DNA from: an uncultured Granulicella sp.
GTDB lineage: Bacteria; Acidobacteriota; Terriglobia; Terriglobales; Acidobacteriaceae
Reading direction: 5' to 3'
NCBI GenBank assembly: GCA_964658865.1
Contig: CBAAAH010000001.1
Coordinates: 1 to 56,098 of the forward strand
Length of the DNA: 56,098 bases
Position numbers and translations under genes: made by a program. The notes beneath the pieces were generated by a model. It saw nothing but the letters and a program-made list of their open reading frames with translations. It did not search any database and had not been told where the DNA came from. Every line of letters starts with the position of its first letter. Within the stretch, counting starts at the first letter, position 1. Shown in pieces: positions 48,542 to 56,098 of this stretch.

Positions 48542-48951
48542 ACCCGCTCCATATCCGCCCGCCAAACCACGATCGCTTCCTTGATCTGCTTCGGCGTTAG
48601 ACCTCCTGCAGCCGCTCTGCGCGCCAGCTCTACCACCTCACCATCGCCGGCAAATCGCAGCGCGATCATCTGCTTCATCGTCAAACCTGCGCCGTCCGCA
48701 CCCATCCAGTGCAGCCGCACGTTTTCTTCCAGCCGAATGATCCGGTTCTGGTTGACCAGCGCGTAGTGCCGCGTAGCGATCGTCGCGCTCATCACCGCAA
48801 CCGCCAGACCCACCACCACCAGGTGGTGCGCATCGAAATGCCGTGCCATCCACCAGATCGCCGCAATCAGGTCTGTCAGGTTCAGCACCATCAGCGCAAG
48901 GTAAGCGCGGTCGATGCGTACATGGTTTTGCAGCGTTTGCGTCGTGCTCAT
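48538..48951 (-). CDS. DUF6526-like small membrane protein
   Basis: QNH, two TMs, NQNRIIRLEE..RL, QMIALRFA.D.E, IKEAI..WRAD..RV. Confidence 0.75.
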   Translation of the reverse strand: MSTTQTLQNHVRIDRAYLALMVLNLTDLIAAIWWMARHFDAHHLVVVGLAVAVMSATIATRHYALVNQNRIIRLEENVRLHWMGADGAGLTMKQMIALRFAGDGEVVELARRAAAGGLTPKQIKEAIVVWRADMERV

Positions 48952-49039
48952 CGTCTCGCCAACTCTCTCGTTCCACTTAAAATATGAAGCATCGTCTCAC
49001 GCCGACGCTGTGTCGCTCGATTCTGAATACTTTCGAGCC

Positions 49040-50119
49040 ATGCACAACTTGATGTCTCTGCCGAAGTCCTCGTACGGTAAGATCAATCCGATGATATCCT
49101 GCCCTGCCGACGCGGTGTCCTACCCCGCTGGGGAGGTGCGTCCGTGGCTTCCACCGGGCAAACGCGCGGCCATTTGCTTCACCGTCGACGATGTGCACCC
49201 GGGCCGTTCGACAGACGCCTTTGAAGCCGGGGGCGACCTTGCCCAGGGTGCGCTTGGTCACATCGACTGGCTGCTCTGCCGGCATGCGCACCTGCACTGC
49301 ACGCTGTTCGTCACGCCAGACTGGCGGCAGGTCCGCCCCCATGCGCACCGCGGCGTTCTGTCGCGTATTCCGATGGTGCGCGACCGCGTGTACCTGAGTC
49401 GTCCTCTGCCATTGGGGTCGATGCGCCTCGATCGACATCCCGGCTTTGTGCGCTATCTGGCCACGTTGCCGCGTACCGACGTTGCGCTTCACGGGTTGCA
49501 CCACCTGCGCCGCGGCCCCCTTCCGCTCGTGGAATTTCGCGGCCTGTCCCAGCGCCAGTGCAACAACCTGCTACGTCGCGCCATGCGTATTTTTCACCGT
49601 GCCGGCCTGCTCTTTTCGCCTGGCGTCTGCCCGCCCGCGTGGCATTTCTCTGACAACCTGGGGGAGGCCATGATTCACAACGGCCTCCGTTGGGTCGCCT
49701 CCGCGCGCGACCTTGAAACGCCTATCCATCGCTGCGCCCTTACCGGTGGCAGCGGCCTAACCGGCGTGTCGCTCCTCTACCCGCAAACCATTCTGGGCGG
49801 CCGACTGGTTCACATCCCCACCAACTTTCAGGCCACCTCCAGCATCGATCGCGCCATCGCTGTTATCGAGGCAGGAGGCCTCGTTTCTGTCAAGGCCCAC
49901 ATCAGCAAATACCTGCCCGGCCACACCCTTCTGGACGGCATGGACATTCCCTATCGCAACTATCTGGACCGCCTGTTTACTGAGGTGGACCGCCGCTACG
50001 GCGACTCGCTCTGGTGGCCTTCCATGGACGACATCGCCGCTCGTGTGTGTACCTCGCCGCAACTTCCTAATTCGCTTGGCATGCCCACGCATGCAGCGGT
50101 GTTCGCTTCCCACGGCTGA
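49040..50119 (+). CDS. Polysaccharide deacetylase-like (NodB/CE4 fold, DUF2334-like) protein
   Basis: CFTVDDVHP, TLFVTP, ALHGLHH, EF, PPAW. Start uncertain (49040 or 49091). Confidence 0.7.
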   Translation: MHNLMSLPKSSYGKINPMISCPADAVSYPAGEVRPWLPPGKRAAICFTVDDVHPGRSTDAFEAGGDLAQGALGHIDWLLCRHAHLHCTLFVTPDWRQVRPHAHRGVLSRIPMVRDRVYLSRPLPLGSMRLDRHPGFVRYLATLPRTDVALHGLHHLRRGPLPLVEFRGLSQRQCNNLLRRAMRIFHRAGLLFSPGVCPPAWHFSDNLGEAMIHNGLRWVASARDLETPIHRCALTGGSGLTGVSLLYPQTILGGRLVHIPTNFQATSSIDRAIAVIEAGGLVSVKAHISKYLPGHTLLDGMDIPYRNYLDRLFTEVDRRYGDSLWWPSMDDIAARVCTSPQLPNSLGMPTHAAVFASHG

Positions 50120-50150
50120 GCCGCGCCGCGCTTCGCCTACCATGGAAGGC

Positions 50151-51107
50151 ATGGCTTCTCGTTCCACGATCAAACCGCTTCCCACCAGGCGCATCGGCAT
50201 TCACCTTTCCACAAGCGGCGGTACCCATACCGCCGTGCAGCGTGCGCTTGACTGTGGTGCCAACTGCTTTCAGATCTTCACCTCATCCCCGCGCACATGG
50301 CGTGCCGCGCCTATTCCGGTAGAGCACGCCGAGCAGATGCGCATCCTGCGCACGCAGCACGACATTGCGCCGCTCACCGTCCACGCGTCCTACCTCATCA
50401 ATCTCTGTTCACAGACGGAATCGATCCGCCAAAACAGCACGCAGGCCTTTCGCGGTGAAGTCGAGCGCGCCCTTGCCCTTGACGCGGACTACCTCGTTTT
50501 GCATCCCGGTTCGTGGAAGGGCATTACCCGCACGGAAGCCCTGCAACACGCGGCAGAAAACATCGCGCGCGCCATCGACGGTCTCAACTGCCAGGCCTCA
50601 CCGCTGCGCATCCTCGTGGAAAACTCCGCCGGCTCCGAGTTCAGCATGGGCCGCAGCTTCGACCAGATTGGCGACCTGCTGCACCTGCTGGACCGGTGCG
50701 CCCCCGTCGACACCTGTTTAGACACCTGCCACACCCACGTCGCCGGCTACGACCTCGTCACGCCGGAAGGCTACGAGGAGACGCTCGGGCAGATTGAGAA
50801 AGCCATCGGCCTCGCCCGCGTTAAAGTCTGGCATTGCAACGATGCCAAGGCCGCCATGGGCTCCAGACTCGATCGCCACCAGCACATCGGCGATGGCACG
50901 ATCGGCCCCGCCGCGTTTCGCCGTCTGCTGCAGGACAACCGCTTTGCCCTGAGTGCCTTCATCGCGGAAACACCGGTCGACAATCCCACCGACATCCAGC
51001 GCAACGTCAGTGTCCTGCAGGCTCTTGCCGGTATGGAACAGCGGCCTCCCACTGAAGCACACGTGACCGCATGGCCTATGCACGGCTCTAACCCGTTGAG
51101 GAAGTAA
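50151..51107 (+). CDS. nfo: Endonuclease IV (AP endonuclease family 2)
   Basis: IGIHLST, QIFTSSPR, VHASYLINL, VLHPGS, ENSAG, CLDTCH, HCND..SRLDRHQHIG, ETP. Confidence 0.92.
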   Translation: MASRSTIKPLPTRRIGIHLSTSGGTHTAVQRALDCGANCFQIFTSSPRTWRAAPIPVEHAEQMRILRTQHDIAPLTVHASYLINLCSQTESIRQNSTQAFRGEVERALALDADYLVLHPGSWKGITRTEALQHAAENIARAIDGLNCQASPLRILVENSAGSEFSMGRSFDQIGDLLHLLDRCAPVDTCLDTCHTHVAGYDLVTPEGYEETLGQIEKAIGLARVKVWHCNDAKAAMGSRLDRHQHIGDGTIGPAAFRRLLQDNRFALSAFIAETPVDNPTDIQRNVSVLQALAGMEQRPPTEAHVTAWPMHGSNPLRK

Positions 51108-51140
51108 AGCGCAGGGGCAAGACCTCGTACAATGAAACCA

Positions 51141-53651
51141 ATGCCAGAAGCCAATGAAATCCGCTACAACCCGGCCGAAATTGAACCTCGCCAGCAGGCC
51201 GCCTGGGACGCCGATCCCGCCCTGTACGCCGCTGAGCCGCATGCTAGCGGCAAGCCGAAATACTATGTTCTTGAAATGCTGCCGTACCCCTCGGGCAAGC
51301 TCCACATCGGCCACGTGCGCAACTACTCCATCGGCGACGCGCTGGCACGCTACCAATGGATGAACGGTTATAACGTCCTGCACCCCATGGGTTGGGACAG
51401 CTTCGGTCTGCCCGCCGAAAACGCCGCGATCAAGAACAAGACCGCGCCCCGAGAGTGGACCCTCGCGAACATCGCGGAGATGCGCAAGCAGATGCGCCAG
51501 CTTGGCCTGAGCTATGACTGGTCGCGCGAAGTCACCACCTGCCTGCCTGACTATTACCGCTGGAACCAGTGGTTTTTCCTGGAGATGTTTAAGCGCGATC
51601 TCGCCTACCGCAAGAAGAGCAAAGTCAACTGGTGCCCGGTGTGCGCGACCGTGCTGGCGAACGAGCAAGTCGTGAACGGCTACTGCTGGCGCCATGAAGA
51701 TACCCTCGTCGAGCAGCGCGACCTGACGCAGTGGTTCTACCGCATCACCAACTATGCGGACGAACTGCTCGACGGCCTCGACAGCATGGACGGCTGGCCT
51801 GAAAAAGTCAGAACCATGCAGCGCAACTGGATCGGCCGGTCGCACGGCGCGGAGGTAACGTTCGCCGTGGACGGCTGCATCGACGCCATGGCCATCACGG
51901 TCTTCACCACGCGCATCGACACGATCTTTGGCGCGACCAGCCTGCAACTCGCGCCGGATCACCCGCTCATCCAGCACTGGTGCGGCTTCGACGAGGCGCT
52001 CAAGCCGCAAGTGGACGAGATGATTGCGCAGCAGAAGACCGCGCGCGACACCGACGCGCTGGGTGAACTGCCGAAGCACGGTGTACCTACCGGTCGCTAT
52101 GCGGTCAACCCGTTCAACGGTGAAAAGCTGCCGGTCTGGGTGGCGAATTACGTGCTCGCCGGCTACGGCACGGGCGCAGTCATGTCCGTGCCCGCGCATG
52201 ACGAGCGCGACTTCGAGTTTGCGACGAAGTACAACCTGCCCATCAGCCGCGTGGTCGCGCCCAACGTCGACACCGACGACCTTGCTCTGCCGTACACCGG
52301 CAAGGCCGAGGCCGTGCTGATCGACAGCGGCAAATGGTCCGGCGAACCCGTGCTGGAAGCACAGGAAGAGATGACGAAGTTTGCGCAGGCAGGCGGCTTC
52401 GGCAAACCCACCACGACCTATCGCCTGAAAGACTGGGGCGTGAGCCGACAGCGCTACTGGGGCACGCCGATTCCGATCGTTTACTGTGAACGTTGCGGTA
52501 TGCAGCCCGTGCCGGAGTCGCAGTTGCCCATCCTTCTGCCGGACAACATCGACGTCGCGGGCACCACCGGATCGCCCCTCGCGAACGTGCCCAGCTTCGT
52601 CGATACCACGTGTCCCGCGTGTGACGGGGCCGCCAAGCGCGAAACCGACACAATGGATACGTTCGTCGATTCTTCGTGGTACTTCTACCGGTACACCGAC
52701 CCGAAGAACGATACCGTGCCCTTTAGCAGTGAGGCCGCGAACTACTGGTTTGAGATCGACCAGTACATCGGCGGCGTCGAGCACGCGATCCTGCACCTGA
52801 TTTACTCGCGCTTTTGGACGAAGGTGATGCGCGACATTGGCCTGATCACGAACAGCGAACCGGCAAAGCGCCTGTTCACGCAGGGCATGGTCATCAAGAA
52901 CGGCGCGAAGATGTCGAAGAGCAAGGGCAACGTGGTGTCGCCCGACGACATGATCGCCAAGTACGGTGCCGACGCGACGCGCATGTACGCCCTGTTTGCC
53001 GCGCCGCCCGACCGCGACCTGGAATGGCAGGAGGACGGTGTCGCCGGTGTCTCCCGTTTTCTGTCGCGGGTGTACCGCATTGTGCTCAAATACGCGGCCA
53101 GCCTACGCGCGGGTGAGGAATTTGCGACGCAAGAAGCCTTGAGCCCTGTCGGCCAGAAGCTGATGCGTACCTTGCACCAGACCATCGCGAAGATCACGCT
53201 GGACTTCAGCGGACGTTGGCACTTCAACACCTGTATTGCCGGCATCATGATTCTGGTGAACGAGATCATGGCCGCCGAGCCGGCGATGGATTCCGGCGAC
53301 ATCGGTGCCACCACACAACGTGAACTGTTCCGTTCGCTGACGTTGATGCTGGCACCGTTCGCGCCATTTCTCGCGCAGGAGCTGTGGACCGAGTTGGATC
53401 AAGACGGCATCGTCTTCCGCCAGAGTTGGCCCAAGGCCAATGCCGAACTGGCGCGCGAAGACGAGATCGAGATCCCCGTGCAGGTCAACGGCAAGCTCGT
53501 CACCATCGTGCGTATTGCCGCAGCCTCCGACGTCGAGGCGATGAAGGCGAGCGCACACGCGGATGAAAAGGTCGTGGCCAGGCTCGCGGGCAAGACGGTG
53601 GTCAAGGTGGTCGCGGTTCCCGGCAAGCTCGTCAACTTCGTGGTGCGCTAA
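51141..53651 (+). CDS. leuS: Leucine--tRNA ligase
   Basis: [13 protein letters not shown], editing-domain [40 protein letters not shown]. Confidence 0.97.
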   Translation: MPEANEIRYNPAEIEPRQQAAWDADPALYAAEPHASGKPKYYVLEMLPYPSGKLHIGHVRNYSIGDALARYQWMNGYNVLHPMGWDSFGLPAENAAIKNKTAPREWTLANIAEMRKQMRQLGLSYDWSREVTTCLPDYYRWNQWFFLEMFKRDLAYRKKSKVNWCPVCATVLANEQVVNGYCWRHEDTLVEQRDLTQWFYRITNYADELLDGLDSMDGWPEKVRTMQRNWIGRSHGAEVTFAVDGCIDAMAITVFTTRIDTIFGATSLQLAPDHPLIQHWCGFDEALKPQVDEMIAQQKTARDTDALGELPKHGVPTGRYAVNPFNGEKLPVWVANYVLAGYGTGAVMSVPAHDERDFEFATKYNLPISRVVAPNVDTDDLALPYTGKAEAVLIDSGKWSGEPVLEAQEEMTKFAQAGGFGKPTTTYRLKDWGVSRQRYWGTPIPIVYCERCGMQPVPESQLPILLPDNIDVAGTTGSPLANVPSFVDTTCPACDGAAKRETDTMDTFVDSSWYFYRYTDPKNDTVPFSSEAANYWFEIDQYIGGVEHAILHLIYSRFWTKVMRDIGLITNSEPAKRLFTQGMVIKNGAKMSKSKGNVVSPDDMIAKYGADATRMYALFAAPPDRDLEWQEDGVAGVSRFLSRVYRIVLKYAASLRAGEEFATQEALSPVGQKLMRTLHQTIAKITLDFSGRWHFNTCIAGIMILVNEIMAAEPAMDSGDIGATTQRELFRSLTLMLAPFAPFLAQELWTELDQDGIVFRQSWPKANAELAREDEIEIPVQVNGKLVTIVRIAAASDVEAMKASAHADEKVVARLAGKTVVKVVAVPGKLVNFVVR

Positions 53652-53654
53652 GCC

Positions 53655-54581
53655 ATGCCGGTGAAGCGTGAACCGCAACGCGCCACGCAGGGCTTCGTCT
53701 CCGTCTTGACGTACGTGTGGAGCCATCCGTCGCTTACCGCCATTGAGATTGCGTGGCGGTGGGCGTTCGGCATCCCGGCGGTCCACCTGTCGGTGCGTGC
53801 GGGGGAAGCCATTCTCGATGCGGTCCCTTGGCGTTTCACGGGCATCGAGGGTTTGTCGATCAACCAGCTCCTTACCGACCCCATGCGCGCATCGATCACG
53901 CTTTCCAGCTTTTTTACGCTGGTGCTGCCGGGTGTAGAGCACACGCTGCTATGGTTGGGGCCACTGCTATTGGTGTGGTGGGTGCTGTGCTCCACGGTGG
54001 GCCGGACCTTTGTGCTGCGGCGGCTCGACCCTGCCATGACGCCGCGCCCCGCAACCCTGCTGGTGCTGCAACTGCTGCGGTTGTTGCCGATTCTGGGCGT
54101 CGCCGCAGCATGGTGGTTCGGTCAGCGCGCACTTGCCACCCAGTCCATCGTCAATCCGATTTTGCGTGGTGGCGAACCGAAAACGATGCTCTATGTCGGC
54201 GGTTCCATCGTGCTGTCGCTTGGCCTGTTCGTCTTGGCTGCGGGCATCGGCTGGATGTTTACCGCGGCACCGGTACTGGCTATGCGCAACGGCCTTGGCC
54301 CAATCGACAGCCTGATGGCAACGGTGCGCCTGCACCACGTGCGCGGTTCGCTGTTTGAGATCAATATGGTGCTGGCGATCGTCAAAATAATGTTGCTCGT
54401 GCTCGCGATGGCTTTCTCCGCGTTTCCACTGCCGTTCGCCAATGTGATGACCGAGGGCTATATCGCACTGTGGTCGGGCATCATTGCACTCTGGTATTTT
54501 GCCGCGTCCGACCTGTTTCACGTCGCACGTCTGCGCGCGTTTGTGACGCTGCTGCCAGGTTCATTGCACGGCGCGAAGTGA
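53655..54581 (+). CDS. Hypothetical polytopic membrane protein
   Basis: 308 aa with about 6 hydrophobic segments; starts 3 nt after the leuS stop. Confidence 0.7.
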   Translation: MPVKREPQRATQGFVSVLTYVWSHPSLTAIEIAWRWAFGIPAVHLSVRAGEAILDAVPWRFTGIEGLSINQLLTDPMRASITLSSFFTLVLPGVEHTLLWLGPLLLVWWVLCSTVGRTFVLRRLDPAMTPRPATLLVLQLLRLLPILGVAAAWWFGQRALATQSIVNPILRGGEPKTMLYVGGSIVLSLGLFVLAAGIGWMFTAAPVLAMRNGLGPIDSLMATVRLHHVRGSLFEINMVLAIVKIMLLVLAMAFSAFPLPFANVMTEGYIALWSGIIALWYFAASDLFHVARLRAFVTLLPGSLHGAK

Positions 54582-54639
54582 CGTTCCGGCGCTGAGCCGC
54601 ATCCCATCGCAAAACGAACATTCCTGTTCTGGAGCACCC

Positions 54640-54810
54640 ATGAATTTCGGCATCTATCTCGTCGGCTACCTTATCCTGATCGGCGGCATCGTCTACGCCT
54701 GCAACCTGGCGCACGTGCCGCAGCACTGGATCGTCGCGCTCGCGCTCATTCTGCTCGGTGCCGGCGTCTTTACCGGCGTACAACGGACACGCACGAAGGA
54801 TCCTTCCTAA
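54640..54810 (+). CDS. Small two-TM membrane protein (56 aa, below the ORF-track cut-off)
   Basis: GGAG RBS; MNFGIYLVGYLILIGGIVYACNLAHVPQHWIVALALILLGAGVFTGVQRTRTKDPS*; GC-rich third codon positions. Confidence 0.75.
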   Translation: MNFGIYLVGYLILIGGIVYACNLAHVPQHWIVALALILLGAGVFTGVQRTRTKDPS

Positions 54811-54891
54811 AGAGACCTGGGGCGAGCCGGAGATGGATGTTTTCACCGTCCCTCCGGCTTGCTGCCATGACGATTCGCATACACTGGTCTT

Positions 54892-56098
54892 GTGAGCAGT
54901 TCGACGATCGTTATCCTCGACTTTGGTGCGCAGTACACGCAGTTGATCGCGCGCCGCATCCGCGAATTTAATGTATTTTCCGTTGTGCTGCCATGCACGG
55001 CGACTCTGGCACAGGTTCAGGCGCTCGCGCCGACGGGCATCATCCTATCGGGTGGACCAAGTTCCGTGTATGACGCGGACGCTCCTAAGGTCGATCCCGC
55101 GCTGCTGGAGTTGAGCTTGCCGACGCTGGGCATCTGCTACGGCATGCAGTGGATGGCCCAAAATCTTGGCGGCCGCGTGGAACCGGCGGACAAGCGCGAG
55201 TACGGCGACGCCGAGGTTACCGTCGCTGTTGAAAACCGGCTGTTTGCCGGCCTGCCGCAGACGCTCGAAGTGTGGATGAGCCATGGGGACAGCGTGGTGG
55301 ACATGCCGCCAGGCTTCGTCGTCGCGGCACAGACGCACAATGCGGTGGCCAGCATCGCCGACGAATCGCGCGGCATGTACGCCGTGCAGTGGCATCCCGA
55401 GGTCGCGCATAGCAAGCAGGGAGCTGAGCTGCTGAAAAATTTTGTGCTGCGCATCTGCGGTGCAACGGCGGATTGGACGCCCGAGTCGTTCATTCAAACC
55501 ACCGTTGAAGCCATTCGCAAGCAGGTAGGCGATGGCCATGCCATCTGCGGCCTGAGCGGCGGCGTCGATTCCGCGGTTGCCGCGGTGCTGGTGTCGAAGG
55601 CCATCGGCGACCGGCTCACGTGTATCTTCGTGAACAACGGCGTGTTGCGCAAGGACGAGTTCCAGCAGGTGCAGAAGAACATGCGCGAGAAGCTGGGGCT
55701 CAACGTCGTCGCGGTCGACGCCAGCAAGCGATTTCTCTCGCAACTTGGCGGCATCACCGATCCTGAGACCAAGCGCAAGATCATCGGCCGCGAGTTCATC
55801 ACGGTGTTCGACGATGAGGCCGCAAAGATTCTGCGTGCGCAGGAAGCCACCGGTGACATTGCCCACGATGCAACGGGCGCGGAAGTCGCGTGGCTGGTGC
55901 AGGGGACACTTTATCCGGACGTGATCGAATCGGCCAGTGTTCATGGGCCTTCGCACGTGATCAAGAGCCACCATAATGTGGGTGGGCTGCCGGAAGATAT
56001 GAAGCTGAAGTTGATTGAGCCGCTGCGGGATTTGTTCAAGGATGAGGTGCGGAGGATTGGACGCGACTTGCAGATGCCGGAAGAGATCCTGGAGCGGC
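54892..56098 (+). CDS. guaA: GMP synthase (glutamine-hydrolysing), 3' truncated by the window edge
   Basis: From GTG 54892: VILDFGAQYTQLIARRIRE, LSGGPSSVY, GICYGMQ, QWHPEV, GLSGGVDS, VQGTLYPDVIES, IKSHHNVGGLP, LFKDEVR. Confidence 0.96.
   Translation, partial: MSSSTIVILDFGAQYTQLIARRIREFNVFSVVLPCTATLAQVQALAPTGIILSGGPSSVYDADAPKVDPALLELSLPTLGICYGMQWMAQNLGGRVEPADKREYGDAEVTVAVENRLFAGLPQTLEVWMSHGDSVVDMPPGFVVAAQTHNAVASIADESRGMYAVQWHPEVAHSKQGAELLKNFVLRICGATADWTPESFIQTTVEAIRKQVGDGHAICGLSGGVDSAVAAVLVSKAIGDRLTCIFVNNGVLRKDEFQQVQKNMREKLGLNVVAVDASKRFLSQLGGITDPETKRKIIGREFITVFDDEAAKILRAQEATGDIAHDATGAEVAWLVQGTLYPDVIESASVHGPSHVIKSHHNVGGLPEDMKLKLIEPLRDLFKDEVRRIGRDLQMPEEILER

Noticed and set aside
50718-52796. 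692-aa minus-strand ORF
   Set aside because: Antisense shadow of leuS/nfo caused by GC-rich codon bias; no recognisable domain.
55045-55974. 309-aa minus-strand ORF
   Set aside because: Antisense to guaA, which the track missed because it has no stop in the window.

Overview
Bacterial chromosomal window, most likely Acidobacteriota (Terriglobia/Acidobacteriaceae-like). This is inferred from the Oar-type TonB-dependent receptor, its divergent membrane-anchored regulator and a DUF6526-like gene. 1-5.2 kb: co-oriented transport cluster (Pro-rich protein, His-rich helical protein, MFS, metallophosphoesterase, ArsB/NhaD-like permease, DMT). 5.2-29.6 kb: mosaic accessory region with a tail-less ZorA/ZorB-like (MotA/MotB-superfamily) pair lacking Zorya effectors, a decayed IS3 fragment, a Tat-exported GH78 rhamnosidase, an orphan TadG-TadE-TadE trio, a TonB receptor plus Tat-exported 2H-phosphoesterase (DUF1868-like) with a divergent regulator, and a complete STAS-MCP-cheY-cheA-MCP-cheW-cheR-cheD-cheB operon. 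29.6-56.1 kb: frameshifted LysR opposite an RND efflux operon; a hybrid kinase / single-domain receiver / pentapeptide-repeat ion-channel operon; AI-2E, treZ, glgP; a flavodoxin-less CysJ-like reductase; a putative nucleotidyltransferase toxin-antitoxin pair; nfo, leuS and partial guaA. No rRNA, tRNA or CRISPR array was seen. Best candidates for undescribed biology: the minimal ZorAB-like stator, the kinase-coupled pentapeptide channel with a non-canonical filter, the TonB/2H-phosphoesterase uptake module, and the uncharacterised cluster at the left end. All family calls are from motif recognition by eye, not from database searches.
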